Positions 9,594-17,345 of a DNA stretch of 40,395 nucleotides are shown piece by piece. A model generated the notes under the pieces. The model was not told the DNA's origin. It ran no database searches and was given only the letters and a program-made list of their open reading frames with translations. The stretch comes from a virus (lineage: Duplodnaviria > Heunggongvirae > Uroviricota > Caudoviricetes). Position numbers and translations under genes: made by a program. The stretch is from the IMG/VR virus record IMGVR_UViG_3300026488_000017, positions 1-40,395 of that record, one strand, 5' to 3'. Position 1 is the stretch's first letter. Every line of letters starts with the position of its first letter.

Positions 9594-9823
9594 TTTAATA
9601 CTCTCTCAAATTCTGTTGGATTTTCCTTTCTTAATTTCATATAGTTAATGTACTTTAACTTGTAATCGGGGTCTTTGAATTGTAACATCGGGATTTCGAA
9701 TCTCATTTCTGTTTCCGGGTTAAATGTCATCCATAATTCTTCTGTTGGACCTAGTACTTTGTGTTCTACATCGTTTGTTTCAGTTTTTGATGAAAACTCA
9801 TCAAAGCTCTTTAATGCTGCCAT
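9584..9823 (-). CDS. Hypothetical 79-aa late protein (KSFDEF N-terminus)
   Basis: ORF track; GAGG RBS; late promoter at 9848. Confidence 0.7.
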   Translation of the reverse strand: MAALKSFDEFSSKTETNDVEHKVLGPTEELWMTFNPETEMRFEIPMLQFKDPDYKLKYINYMKLRKENPTEFERVLKWN

Positions 9824-9840
9824 AATACACCTCTTTTAAT

Positions 9841-10314
9841 TTATAAGTATTTATACTCATCATTATTGTTATTTGGGTGAACTACATCATCTTCAGTCCA
9901 GACAATACTTTTCAAATAGTCTGTATAGTCATTGTCAAACCATTTATCTCTATTAAGAATCTCTGGTTTCTGTGTCTGGTAACTAAAATTTAGTTTGTTC
10001 CCAAAATGTAAGTTTCGTGATAATTTTAATTGTTTTGCTGTTAGAATCGTTAATGTTTTGGCAAATAATTCTTTTGATATGTTATTCTCATAAAGATTCA
10101 CGAGTGCAAAAGCATTGTCATTAAGACGGACTAAACCTTTAAGTGCAGTTATCTTTTTGCCTTTAATTTCTCTTTGTATAATAATTTCAATTTCAATCGT
10201 ATCATCGAACACGAAAGGTTTATTATTATAATTTCTTGAATTGAAAGCATTAATAGTATGTTCATTAATACTTAAACTTTTTAATTTTATGTTCTTATAT
10301 AGTAAACTAGGCAT
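9841..10314 (-). CDS. Hypothetical protein, 157 aa
   Basis: ORF track; GGAG RBS; overlaps upstream ORF. Confidence 0.7.
   Translation of the reverse strand: MPSLLYKNIKLKSLSINEHTINAFNSRNYNNKPFVFDDTIEIEIIIQREIKGKKITALKGLVRLNDNAFALVNLYENNISKELFAKTLTILTAKQLKLSRNLHFGNKLNFSYQTQKPEILNRDKWFDNDYTDYLKSIVWTEDDVVHPNNNNDEYKYL
9848..9855 (-). promoter_or_regulatory. T4-type late promoter TATAAATA
   Basis: Exact match, embedded in the Y-K-Y codons of the upstream ORF. Confidence 0.65.
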
Positions 10315-10525
10315 TTTTAGCTCCGTTAATAAATTCTATGTAGGGTGTCCACATATATTTGTCCATATCTTCAAAGATAACATCAATTTTTTCACTTACT
10401 GCGTATCCACTCTCATATACTAAATGAATCTCATCATTTACTTTATAAGCATTCAATTGGTGGTGTGCTAAATCTTCGGAAGTTCCTAAGTAAATCCCTT
10501 TGTATGTTATTGGTAACGGTATCAT
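10307..10525 (-). CDS. Hypothetical protein, 72 aa
   Basis: ORF track; AAGGA RBS; early-type promoter at 10555-10576. Confidence 0.7.
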   Translation of the reverse strand: MIPLPITYKGIYLGTSEDLAHHQLNAYKVNDEIHLVYESGYAVSEKIDVIFEDMDKYMWTPYIEFINGAKNA

Positions 10526-10638
10526 AATTTATCCTTTAATTCTTTATATACTATATTGTAACATATAATACCTTAAGGCTTTATTAATCTAAAAAGTTTG
10601 TTTGATTTGTTGTACTCCGAAGAGGAGTACGATTCTCT

Positions 10639-12111
10639 TTAAGAGTAAAGAGCTACTAAATCTTTCCAACGAGAAAGACCAGATTTTTTAAGTATGATAC
10701 CAAGAGCGAGAGCTCTAACAGTAACTTGTTTTGCTTTTCTAGCATATTCAGGAGTCATATAGTTAATTTTAACCTCTTCTCCACCTTCATCACCTAGAGC
10801 TTCTAAGATTTCATCAATATCTGCATCATTAATGTCACCTCTTTTCTTAGCTTGAGCATAACCGATAGAACGAACTCTTTTAAGAATATCTTGTTCTGCT
10901 AAATAAACATCAACAAAAATACTTCTTGACATAATAGCACCTTCGATTTGGCTTGATTTCATATTACTAATGAATACCATACCACCAGTGAATTGAAATT
11001 TACTAGGTAGCTTAACATCTTTCTTACCAGCACCAATAGGCTTACCTTCAGCTATCTCTGCATCTACGAAATTACAATAGTCTTCAATAGAACCTTTATC
11101 AAGACCTACCATATTTTGTGTACCTGACATATACTCAGCCATATTATCACCTGATGTATCAAGGATAGGCTTAAGCATCATAATAATGTCTTTGTGTTGT
11201 AAGACTGAATCTGCTTCATCAAATACGATAATCTTGTTTCTCTCTTGAAATAATGTCTTGTAGAATGCATATGGTGCTGCTTTGGTACCACTGTGATAAG
11301 TCCACTTATCGCCTTCAGAACCTAATAAAGCTTTAAGACTTCTATCGCCTTCTGTAATATGATAAGTTTTACCAATACCACCTTGTCCACAAACGATAAG
11401 CGTTCTCCATTTTCCTGAAGCAACTACCGAAAGTAAATCTTCAATATCTTCAAAAACAGTATCCGGGTCAGCAAATACTTTTTGGTCTAAAGATTTCTCT
11501 ACTTCCTTAAGTCCACCTTCAAAAGAATTCGTTTCTTTCTCACCAAGAAAAACTTCAATTTGTTCTGAAAGACCTTTCTCTTGCGCTGCGTCTCTCATCT
11601 TTTGTTTAGACCCTGCTAATGAACGCTTAAGTCCATTTGCTTCTAACCATTCGATTTTTTCTTCTTTTGTTCTAGCTTCAAATAGAAATAATTTTGTTTC
11701 TTCAATAATCTCTGTAGCTTCGTTGATGTGACCAGTTTTAAGTGCATCTGTAATCTGCGAAAGAACCTGAATAACATTCAAGTTTGGAGCAAATTTAACA
11801 GTTCTTGTCGGTCTTTGAAAGTTAGCATTCGTATTATTCCAGTAGTCGATGCTCGTTAATAAGAACTGAGCTTTCTTAGCCATTTTTGCATCCCAATTAA
11901 AACGAACCATAATACCTTTATTGTTTACGAAACGATAACCTTTACCTTCGCCAGATTTTCTTTTGAAATCTTCCATACCTAGTGATACGAATATACCACC
12001 TAATTCTTTACCCATTATCTTACTGTAAAGTAAAACAACTTTTTCTAATTTTCCTTGACTGAATGCTAATTCATTCAGTTCCATAAAGGTGCCAAAACTT
12101 TTTGTTTTCAT
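10639..12111 (-). CDS. P-loop AAA-family ATPase with N-terminal extension (probable start at second Met, 12111)
   Basis: CGQGGIGKT, IVFDEADS, FISN, IMSRS; GGAG RBS precedes MKTKSFGTFMELNE. Confidence 0.82.
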   Translation of the reverse strand: MKTKSFGTFMELNELAFSQGKLEKVVLLYSKIMGKELGGIFVSLGMEDFKRKSGEGKGYRFVNNKGIMVRFNWDAKMAKKAQFLLTSIDYWNNTNANFQRPTRTVKFAPNLNVIQVLSQITDALKTGHINEATEIIEETKLFLFEARTKEEKIEWLEANGLKRSLAGSKQKMRDAAQEKGLSEQIEVFLGEKETNSFEGGLKEVEKSLDQKVFADPDTVFEDIEDLLSVVASGKWRTLIVCGQGGIGKTYHITEGDRSLKALLGSEGDKWTYHSGTKAAPYAFYKTLFQERNKIIVFDEADSVLQHKDIIMMLKPILDTSGDNMAEYMSGTQNMVGLDKGSIEDYCNFVDAEIAEGKPIGAGKKDVKLPSKFQFTGGMVFISNMKSSQIEGAIMSRSIFVDVYLAEQDILKRVRSIGYAQAKKRGDINDADIDEILEALGDEGGEEVKINYMTPEYARKAKQVTVRALALGIILKKSGLSRWKDLVALYS

Positions 12112-12132
12112 TGTATTCTCCATTATTTTATG

Positions 12133-12531
12133 TTATTTATCTTTAAAGATGTTGTAGTTACCTAGTCCAGTTGCTATGATAGCATTTTTTAGTTCTACGC
12201 CTCGTTCTTTCTCGAAGTGTTTTTTCTCTGGTAATTTATCGAGGTTTGTTTTTCTATTGAAATGTTTACTAAAGAATTCTTTAATCTTAGTTCTCTTAGT
12301 TCTTATTGTGGTCGGAACTCTGTGTACACCTCTCGATTCTAGTAGTTCAATAAGAGCCTCTGATACATTCTCTATTTCTGCATCTGTATCTACTGGTATA
12401 AAAGGGTCTTCTTTTTTGTCTTTGATAGTAGTTACTATTTTCATATCTTTAGATACAAACATTTTATCTTCAGGTTGTTCTTTTTGTGTTATGAATTTTC
12501 TATGTCTTCTAAATAGGTTCATTGTTCTCAT
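12133..12531 (-). CDS. Hypothetical basic protein, 132 aa
   Basis: ORF track; AAGGAG RBS. Confidence 0.7.
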   Translation of the reverse strand: MRTMNLFRRHRKFITQKEQPEDKMFVSKDMKIVTTIKDKKEDPFIPVDTDAEIENVSEALIELLESRGVHRVPTTIRTKRTKIKEFFSKHFNRKTNLDKLPEKKHFEKERGVELKNAIIATGLGNYNIFKDK

Positions 12532-12776
12532 TTAGTTTCTCCTTTAATAGTATTTATCAGTTTCTTATATGCTAAGTGTAACAATATAATTGATAGAGTA
12601 AAAGGCCATAGCCAACTAAGAACAGAAATTAACTGTATATCGCTACTATCCATATCAAAAAGGTCATCATTGGCAGTAACATAGAAAGAAAGGAGCCATA
12701 AAAAAGTAAGGCCTAGGAAATAAATTATTATTAAAATTGAGTTGATTGATTCTAGCACTGTGGTTCTCCCGTTCAA
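12528..12776 (-). CDS. Small predicted two-TM membrane protein (start uncertain, TTG or downstream GTG)
   Basis: Two hydrophobic stretches; GGGAG precedes an in-frame GTG. Confidence 0.6.
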   Translation of the reverse strand: MNGRTTVLESINSILIIIYFLGLTFLWLLSFYVTANDDLFDMDSSDIQLISVLSWLWPFTLSIILLHLAYKKLINTIKGETK

Positions 12777-12967
12777 AGGAAAATTAACAGACCCACGAAC
12801 TGTTAAATATTTATACGGTTATATACCCGCTGGGTTTTGAGGTCTTTGGTTCCCGCTTTATTACATAGTAGGCGCTGATTACCTAATTCAATCTAACCAA
12901 GATGTTTTCAAATAAAAACAAATAAAATTCACAAAGATTCATATTGAACAAATCCTCTTTATGTTGT

Positions 12968-12989
12968 ATTATAACATACTAAGACTTAA
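12968..12989 (-). promoter_or_regulatory. Early/host-sigma70-type promoter TTAAG-N11-TATAAT (representative of at least 14 copies)
   Basis: Same spacing at 10555, 17296, 18272, 19278, 19760, 20685, 21025, 22932, 25529, 27766, 35437, 36393, 38280. Confidence 0.75.
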
Positions 12990-12996
12990 TAAATTA

Positions 12997-13488
12997 TTAA
13001 ACATCAAGTAAATCAGCGTATTTACCCAATTTCTTTTTTGAATTAACTTCTTTCAATACTTGTTTAGCCATTTTACTTAATCCGCCGTACATACTCGATT
13101 TAGAAAACTTTTCTCTAGCTTTCTCATTCTTACTAAGAACATATAAAATAATCTTCTTAGTTTCTTTACTAAGCTTCTTATAAGACTCCATTATGCCGAA
13201 TGCTGTTTGTAGTGAAAAAATTATAGTATCATCATCTGAATAAACACTCTTAATATCCATAAGAATTTTGATAGCTTCAAAATTACCTAGCTTCATAGCT
13301 TGACCGAAAATATAGTTGCTGTCTTGTGAAATATTGTACTTCAGTTTGATAACCTTTTCAAGTGATTTATCGTGACCGAATTCTATGATTTCTGCTATTC
13401 TATCTTTATGTAGCTTATTAATATCATTTGACATAGCATCAATAAATTCCATTACTTGTTTTGGTGAAGCTTTATTATCTATTGCCAT
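12997..13488 (-). CDS. Degenerate ankyrin-like helical protein ending in KLGKYADLLDV
   Basis: QAMKLGNFEAIKILMD; shared tag. Confidence 0.75.
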   Translation of the reverse strand: MAIDNKASPKQVMEFIDAMSNDINKLHKDRIAEIIEFGHDKSLEKVIKLKYNISQDSNYIFGQAMKLGNFEAIKILMDIKSVYSDDDTIIFSLQTAFGIMESYKKLSKETKKIILYVLSKNEKAREKFSKSSMYGGLSKMAKQVLKEVNSKKKLGKYADLLDV

Positions 13489-13961
13489 TATAATACTCCT
13501 AGCAAATCTGCATATTTACCTAATTTTGAATTCTGTAATGCATCTAAAACTTTACCTTTAGCATACTGATACATTTCTTTATCTATTTTAGCACCCAATT
13601 TTAGAAGAGCTTTAACATATTTCTCTTTACCTGATGTAATAGCATAATCTAATGCTGCCATATCTCGTTTATTTTTGATATTAACATCAAGGTCTTTTCT
13701 CTTTACAATAATATCAAACATAGCTTCATTATCATCTAATATTATTCTGATTAGGATTGTAGTCCCTATTGGGTTCTTCTCATTTGGGTTTGTTCTTTTG
13801 TCTTTCATAATTACTTTGAAGTTTTCTAATAAATCTTCTCTAACGATGTGACTTAATAAGACCTTATTTTTAGATGGGTCATTATTCTTCAGCCATTTTT
13901 TAAGTATAGAAGTGTCTCCTTCTCTTAGTCTTTGGTGGAATAATCCTGGTTCTTCATTCAT
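13488..13961 (-). CDS. Ankyrin-repeat protein ending in KLGKYADLLGVL
   Basis: LDVNIKNKRDMAALDYAITSG...LLKLGA. Confidence 0.88.
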   Translation of the reverse strand: MNEEPGLFHQRLREGDTSILKKWLKNNDPSKNKVLLSHIVREDLLENFKVIMKDKRTNPNEKNPIGTTILIRIILDDNEAMFDIIVKRKDLDVNIKNKRDMAALDYAITSGKEKYVKALLKLGAKIDKEMYQYAKGKVLDALQNSKLGKYADLLGVL

Positions 13962-14398
13962 TACGACTCTCCTAGTAAATCTGCATACTTACCTAATTTT
14001 TTGTTTAATAATTTTTTTACGATGTGTTTTGCACTGTCAAGCCTTTTAAGAACTTTTTTGTTCTTTGCTAAGATTTCTACTACTTTAATATGACCTTTAT
14101 CGGCAGCATCGTTTGCTGCTTCTATAATATCATTTATGTCTTTAGGTACTGAAGAATTCATAAATATTTCAATGATTTCGTGATACCCTTTGACTGCTGC
14201 TACCCAAAAGTGCATACTAGCAAAAGAACCACCATTATCCAAAATTAATTGAGCTAATTTCGTGTAACCTAGCTTAACGGCTACACCCATCATTGTATCA
14301 TTACCAAAACGAATATCTTCAGCATTGTTGATAATGTCATCAGTCATTTTGATTAAATCTTTTTCGGATTTTTTCATTAGTGTTTGTGTTATACCCAT
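13961..14398 (-). CDS. Ankyrin-repeat protein ending in KLGKYADLLGES
   Basis: AVKLGYTKLAQLILDNG, AAVKGYHEII, AADKGHIKVVEIL. Confidence 0.85.
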   Translation of the reverse strand: MGITQTLMKKSEKDLIKMTDDIINNAEDIRFGNDTMMGVAVKLGYTKLAQLILDNGGSFASMHFWVAAVKGYHEIIEIFMNSSVPKDINDIIEAANDAADKGHIKVVEILAKNKKVLKRLDSAKHIVKKLLNKKLGKYADLLGES

Positions 14399-14913
14399 TA
14401 GTCATCTCCCAATAAGCTAGCATATTTACCAATCTTGGCTATACCTTTTAGATAATCAGATATTTTATTAGGGCTTCTGTAATCAAAAATTCCCATACCT
14501 TTTTTATCTTTATGGTGAATATCTGCACCGTTAGCTATTAACAGCTTAGTTATATCAATACAATTCATATTCACAGCAGCGAATAATGCTGTTGAACCAT
14601 TTTTATCTTGCTTATCAACATTAGCACCAGCTTTAAGGAGAGCTTTAGCTATGTCGAGTGAACCTGCTTGTGCACACCACATAAGAGGCGTGTTACCAAT
14701 ATCATCTGCTACATCTACATTAGCACCATTCTTTATTAGTACCTTAGCTATCGTAGCGAGACCCTCATACGATGCTAAGATAAGCGGTGTCCAGTTATCT
14801 TCATCGGGGTATTTCTTGTTTATATCTTTAGCTTTGATTTTTTCTAGGTGTTTGAGTAATCCCATATCTTCTGAAAATACAGCATTATACCAACATTCTG
14901 CAGGTTCAACCAT
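14398..14913 (-). CDS. Ankyrin-repeat protein ending in KIGKYASLLGDD (true start MVEPAE at 14913, not 15027)
   Basis: WTPLILASYEG, GNTPLMWCAQAG, GSTALFAA; GGAG RBS and late promoter lie inside the track's N-terminal extension. Confidence 0.92.
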   Translation of the reverse strand: MVEPAECWYNAVFSEDMGLLKHLEKIKAKDINKKYPDEDNWTPLILASYEGLATIAKVLIKNGANVDVADDIGNTPLMWCAQAGSLDIAKALLKAGANVDKQDKNGSTALFAAVNMNCIDITKLLIANGADIHHKDKKGMGIFDYRSPNKISDYLKGIAKIGKYASLLGDD

Positions 14914-14936
14914 AATGAATCTCCGTTGTTTATCAG

Positions 14937-14944
14937 TATTTATA
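14937..14944 (-). promoter_or_regulatory. T4-type late promoter TATAAATA
   Basis: Exact match upstream of the second ankyrin operon. Confidence 0.75.
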
Positions 14945-14949
14945 TTTTT

Positions 14950-14993
14950 GTGTGATTGTGTGATTGTGTGATTGATTGTGTGATTGATTGTGA
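14950..14993. repeat. Short tandem repeat of TGTGATTG/ATTG units
   Basis: tgtgattg tgtgattg tgtgattg attg tgtgattg attg tga. Confidence 0.85.
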
Positions 14994-14995
14994 AG

Positions 14996-15066
14996 TGGAA
15001 CCCCTGGAAGTAATCGAAACTTCTCAAACGGCTTCGAAGGCCATTGTCTCATCCTCGAGCAGGGGC
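14996..15066 (-). tRNA. tRNA-Arg(TCG), atypical (reduced D arm, U53:A61)
   Basis: Acceptor GCCCCTG/CAGGGGT, loop CT-TCG-AA, T arm GAAGT-TTCGATT-ACTTC, encoded CCA. Confidence 0.7.
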
Positions 15067-15073
15067 ATATAAG

Positions 15074-15148
15074 TGGTGGGCCATCGAGGAGTTGAACCTC
15101 GGTTTCATCCTTATGAGGGAAGAGCACTAACCGTTGTACTAATGGCCT
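15074..15148 (-). tRNA. tRNA(CAT), probably Ile2 (lysidine type) or Met
   Basis: Loop CT-CAT-AA, C4-G69/C5-G68 pairs, A73, CCA; 1:72 mismatch. Confidence 0.8.
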
Positions 15149-15151
15149 ATT

Positions 15152-15225
15152 TGGAACTCTGTAACGGAATCGAACCGTTCATCGAAGATTTGCAATCTCC
15201 TGCCTTACCAATTGGCTAACAGAGC
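15152..15225 (-). tRNA. tRNA-Cys(GCA)
   Basis: Canonical cloverleaf, U73, CCA. Confidence 0.93.
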
Positions 15226-15357
15226 ATATTGGTTCCAGATTTATTTTTACCCGCCAAACTGGAGGCGATTTGAGCTTCTTTTAGACTGTACAATCTTGAA
15301 ATTCACTAAAGAGTCATTGAATATTGTGCACATACAAAAATTCCCTTATAATAAATT

Positions 15358-15537
15358 CTATTCTACATAGACTATATCTGTTTCATTCATTACGAAATAA
15401 CAACCATCAATTTCTCGACCTGTACTGTCATCTTCTTTGATGCATTTACATATCTTTGGATAATCATAATTTATATGAATGTCTCCGTAAACTTCAAACT
15501 CTTCTCCAATTTCTAAATCTTTAAAGTTCTTATCCAT
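15358..15537 (-). CDS. Hypothetical 59-aa protein (MDKNFKDLEIGEEFEVYG...), below ORF-track cutoff
   Basis: Hand-translated; AAGGA RBS. Confidence 0.65.
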   Translation of the reverse strand: MDKNFKDLEIGEEFEVYGDIHINYDYPKICKCIKEDDSTGREIDGCYFVMNETDIVYVE

Positions 15538-15553
15538 TTTTATTCCTTTTATT

Positions 15554-15628
15554 TGGTGCGTCTGATAGGATTCGAACCTACAGATTTGGGTTTCTAAAAC
15601 CGTTGCCTCACCGCTGGGCTACAAACGC
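15554..15628 (-). tRNA. tRNA with TAG anticodon (Leu) but short variable loop and imperfect anticodon stem
   Basis: Acceptor GCGTTTG/CAGACGC, loop TT-TAG-AA, canonical T arm, A73-CCA. Confidence 0.65.
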
Positions 15629-15640
15629 ATCCTTGAATTT

Positions 15641-15820
15641 TTATACTTGTTCCCAAGTCATTGGATATTTAATCCCTGGGTTGAATTCTCTTTGATAGTT
15701 CATAATCTCATAATTTCTACCAACTACTGTTGTTTCAATCATTGTATATGTTACATTATCTTTTTCTTTTGTAAATATTTCTGTATATTTACCTTTATCT
15801 CTTTTTTGTTCATCTTTCAT
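15641..15820 (-). CDS. Hypothetical 59-aa protein (probable start MKDEQK)
   Basis: AGGA RBS; start overlaps the HNH stop. Confidence 0.55.
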   Translation of the reverse strand: MKDEQKRDKGKYTEIFTKEKDNVTYTMIETTVVGRNYEIMNYQREFNPGIKYPMTWEQV

Positions 15821-16520
15821 TATCTTTCCTATTTGTTGTCTTACCGTTAAATCTAGGTTGTATAAGCATTTCATATCTTTTACAATTATATCTTTTCAGA
15901 ATATTTGTGAGTTTTGATGAATAGTATTCTTCATAAAATCCTTCTCTCAACATTTCTGCTATTGATTCAAATTTATTATCTTCTAAAGTATCTAATACTC
16001 TATTGACAAATTCAGTTTTTTCTTTTATATTAGTTTGTTTCTCCAAAAGTCTCTGTTCTCTATCACTTTCTTTTTTTGATTTACCAAACTTCATTTTACG
16101 ACCTTTCAACCAACCTTCGGGTATCTCACCTTTAGGTACTTTCTTTGACTCTTTTAGTTCTAAGTTATGAATCCACATAGTACCAAACTGTGAATTTCCT
16201 TCACCAGTTTGACTGCGACTCATTTCTTCACTAAACTTCTCTCTCAACCAACCGTACATACGATTCATTGACCTATCTTGACCCGTTCCTATAACACACA
16301 TCATACTTACAGCCTTTATAAGACTATATTTACCTGGATATATCTTTAGTAGCAGTATATGAGCAATAAAGTGTTCTCTTGCAGTTAATTCTACAAGATT
16401 TTCTTTATCATCTGTGCCATTCATACTTCTAGGTACTATATGGTGTATTTCTTTATAACAATCTAGCTTTCTATTTTTACCTCTTAGAATGAGTTTTTCA
16501 TAGTGCAATTTATAATTCAT
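15810..16520 (-). mobile_element. Free-standing HNH homing endonuclease gene inside the tRNA array
   Basis: EIHHIVPRSMNGTDDKENLVELTAREHFIAH; own late promoter TATAAATA at 16549-16556. Confidence 0.88.
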
Positions 16521-16587
16521 TGTATATCTCCAAAAGTCTATATACTACTATTTATAAGTTTACTTTTTACTTTTACATTTTAAGTTT

Positions 16588-16672
16588 TGGTGCACCTACT
16601 CGGATTCGAACCGAGACTCCCGAAGGAAATGAGTTTTAAGCCCACAGCGTCTACCAGTTTCGCCATAAGTGC
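16588..16672 (-). tRNA. tRNA-Leu(TAA)
   Basis: Type II cloverleaf, loop CT-TAA-AA, A73-CCA. Confidence 0.95.
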
Positions 16673-16684
16673 ATATTTTATAAA

Positions 16685-16769
16685 TGGAGGAGAATGTGGG
16701 AATCGAACCCACTACTGTTTTACCAGCCAGAAATTAGCAATCTCTTTACCTACCTTAGGTGTATTCTCC
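16685..16769 (-). tRNA. tRNA-Ser(GCT)
   Basis: Long variable arm, loop TT-GCT-AA, short D loop, U73-CCA. Confidence 0.88.
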
Positions 16770-16774
16770 AAATT

Positions 16775-16858
16775 TGGTGTCGCTGATAGGATTCGAACCT
16801 ACATAAGCTTGCGCCACGAGTTAGAAGCTCGTTTCTCATCCAGTTGAGGCACAACGAC
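16775..16858 (-). tRNA. tRNA-Arg(TCT) with an unusual long variable arm
   Basis: Loop CT-TCT-AA, A20, 13-nt variable region GGCGCAAGCTTAT, A73-CCA. Confidence 0.85.
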
Positions 16859-16863
16859 ATATT

Positions 16864-16939
16864 TGGGGCGAAATCTGGGAATCGAACCCAGCTACTCAGG
16901 TTCACAACCCGAGACTTTAACCGATAAGATAATCACGCC
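16864..16939 (-). tRNA. tRNA-His(GTG)
   Basis: Encoded G-1:C73, loop TT-GTG-AA, CCA. Confidence 0.92.
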
Positions 16940-16945
16940 ATATTT

Positions 16946-17018
16946 TGGTTGCTCTGAAGGTATTCGAAACCTTTTCAGTAAGTTATGAGCCTACCGTCCA
17001 AACCTTATGGTCAGAGCA
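16946..17018 (-). tRNA. tRNA(CAT), atypical (reduced D arm, U53:A61), Met- or Ile2-type
   Basis: Acceptor TGCTCTG/CAGAGCA, loop CT-CAT-AA, T arm AAGGT-TTCGAAT-ACCTT, CCA. Confidence 0.7.
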
Positions 17019-17025
17019 TTGTTTG

Positions 17026-17064
17026 TTTATTTTAGTGTCTTCATTGACATCGGATTTCTTGCCC
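17026..17064 (-). promoter_or_regulatory. Conserved post-terminator element, copy 1 (GGGCAAGAAATCCG-A-TGTCAATGAAGACACTAAAATAAA)
   Basis: 14-nt and 24-nt blocks identical to 19032-19075. Confidence 0.85.
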
Positions 17065-17102
17065 AAAAAAAAGGGAGTCAATTCAATTAAGAACTGACTC
17101 CC
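17065..17102 (-). terminator. Intrinsic terminator of attenuator 1
   Basis: 12-bp stem GGGAGTCAGTTC/GAATTGACTCCC, 6-nt loop, U8 tail. Confidence 0.92.
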
Positions 17103-17134
17103 TTTGAGGAAAACTTTTATTTAAGTTCTCTTCA

Positions 17135-17221
17135 TCAGAAATCAGTTCCACTACGGCTCAGCATCAGGCTATGTCTTAATATACTACATAATATTGTTAA
17201 GTTATTTAATGCTGTTCTCAT
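17135..17221 (-). CDS. Leader peptide 1, MRTALNNLTILCSILRHSLMLSRSGTDF (28 aa)
   Basis: GAGGA RBS; early (17296-17317) and late (17248-17255) promoters upstream; codons match the downstream tRNA anticodons. Confidence 0.85.
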   Translation of the reverse strand: MRTALNNLTILCSILRHSLMLSRSGTDF

Positions 17222-17345
17222 AATGTTTCCTCTGTTTAATTTTATTGTATTTATAAGAGTCAAAAACTCTATATACTATCTCTCTTTATGTATGTATTAT
17301 AACATAAAGATACTTAATTTTCTCTTAATACTCAAAAAAGATTTA

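Noticed and set aside
10612-10630. Hairpin GTACTCC-GAAGA-GGAGTAC as an intrinsic terminator
   Set aside because: The stem is real but there is no U-tract on the coding (minus) strand, so its function cannot be supported.
894-14430. Tag-coding repeats as a CRISPR array, integron attC sites or shufflon recombination sites
   Set aside because: Copies vary at synonymous positions, are not palindromic and are separated by whole genes; there is no cas, integrase or invertase in the window.
14914-15027. N-terminal TINH-TINH-TITQSH repeat of the 209-aa ankyrin ORF
   Set aside because: It is a translation of the tandem repeat and the tRNA-Arg gene; the RBS and late promoter point to a start at 14913.
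15554-15628. Amber suppressor tRNA or stop-codon recoding
   Set aside because: The anticodon on the coding strand is TAG (Leu), not CTA. TAG ends several intact genes (uvsY, folE) and conserved genes are unbroken in code 11.
17100-17140. CUGAUGA followed by a stem, resembling a hammerhead ribozyme core
   Set aside because: The stem is followed by CAAA rather than the required GAAA and there is no stem III/cleavage triplet. Attenuator pairing explains the region, and copy 2 lacks the motif.
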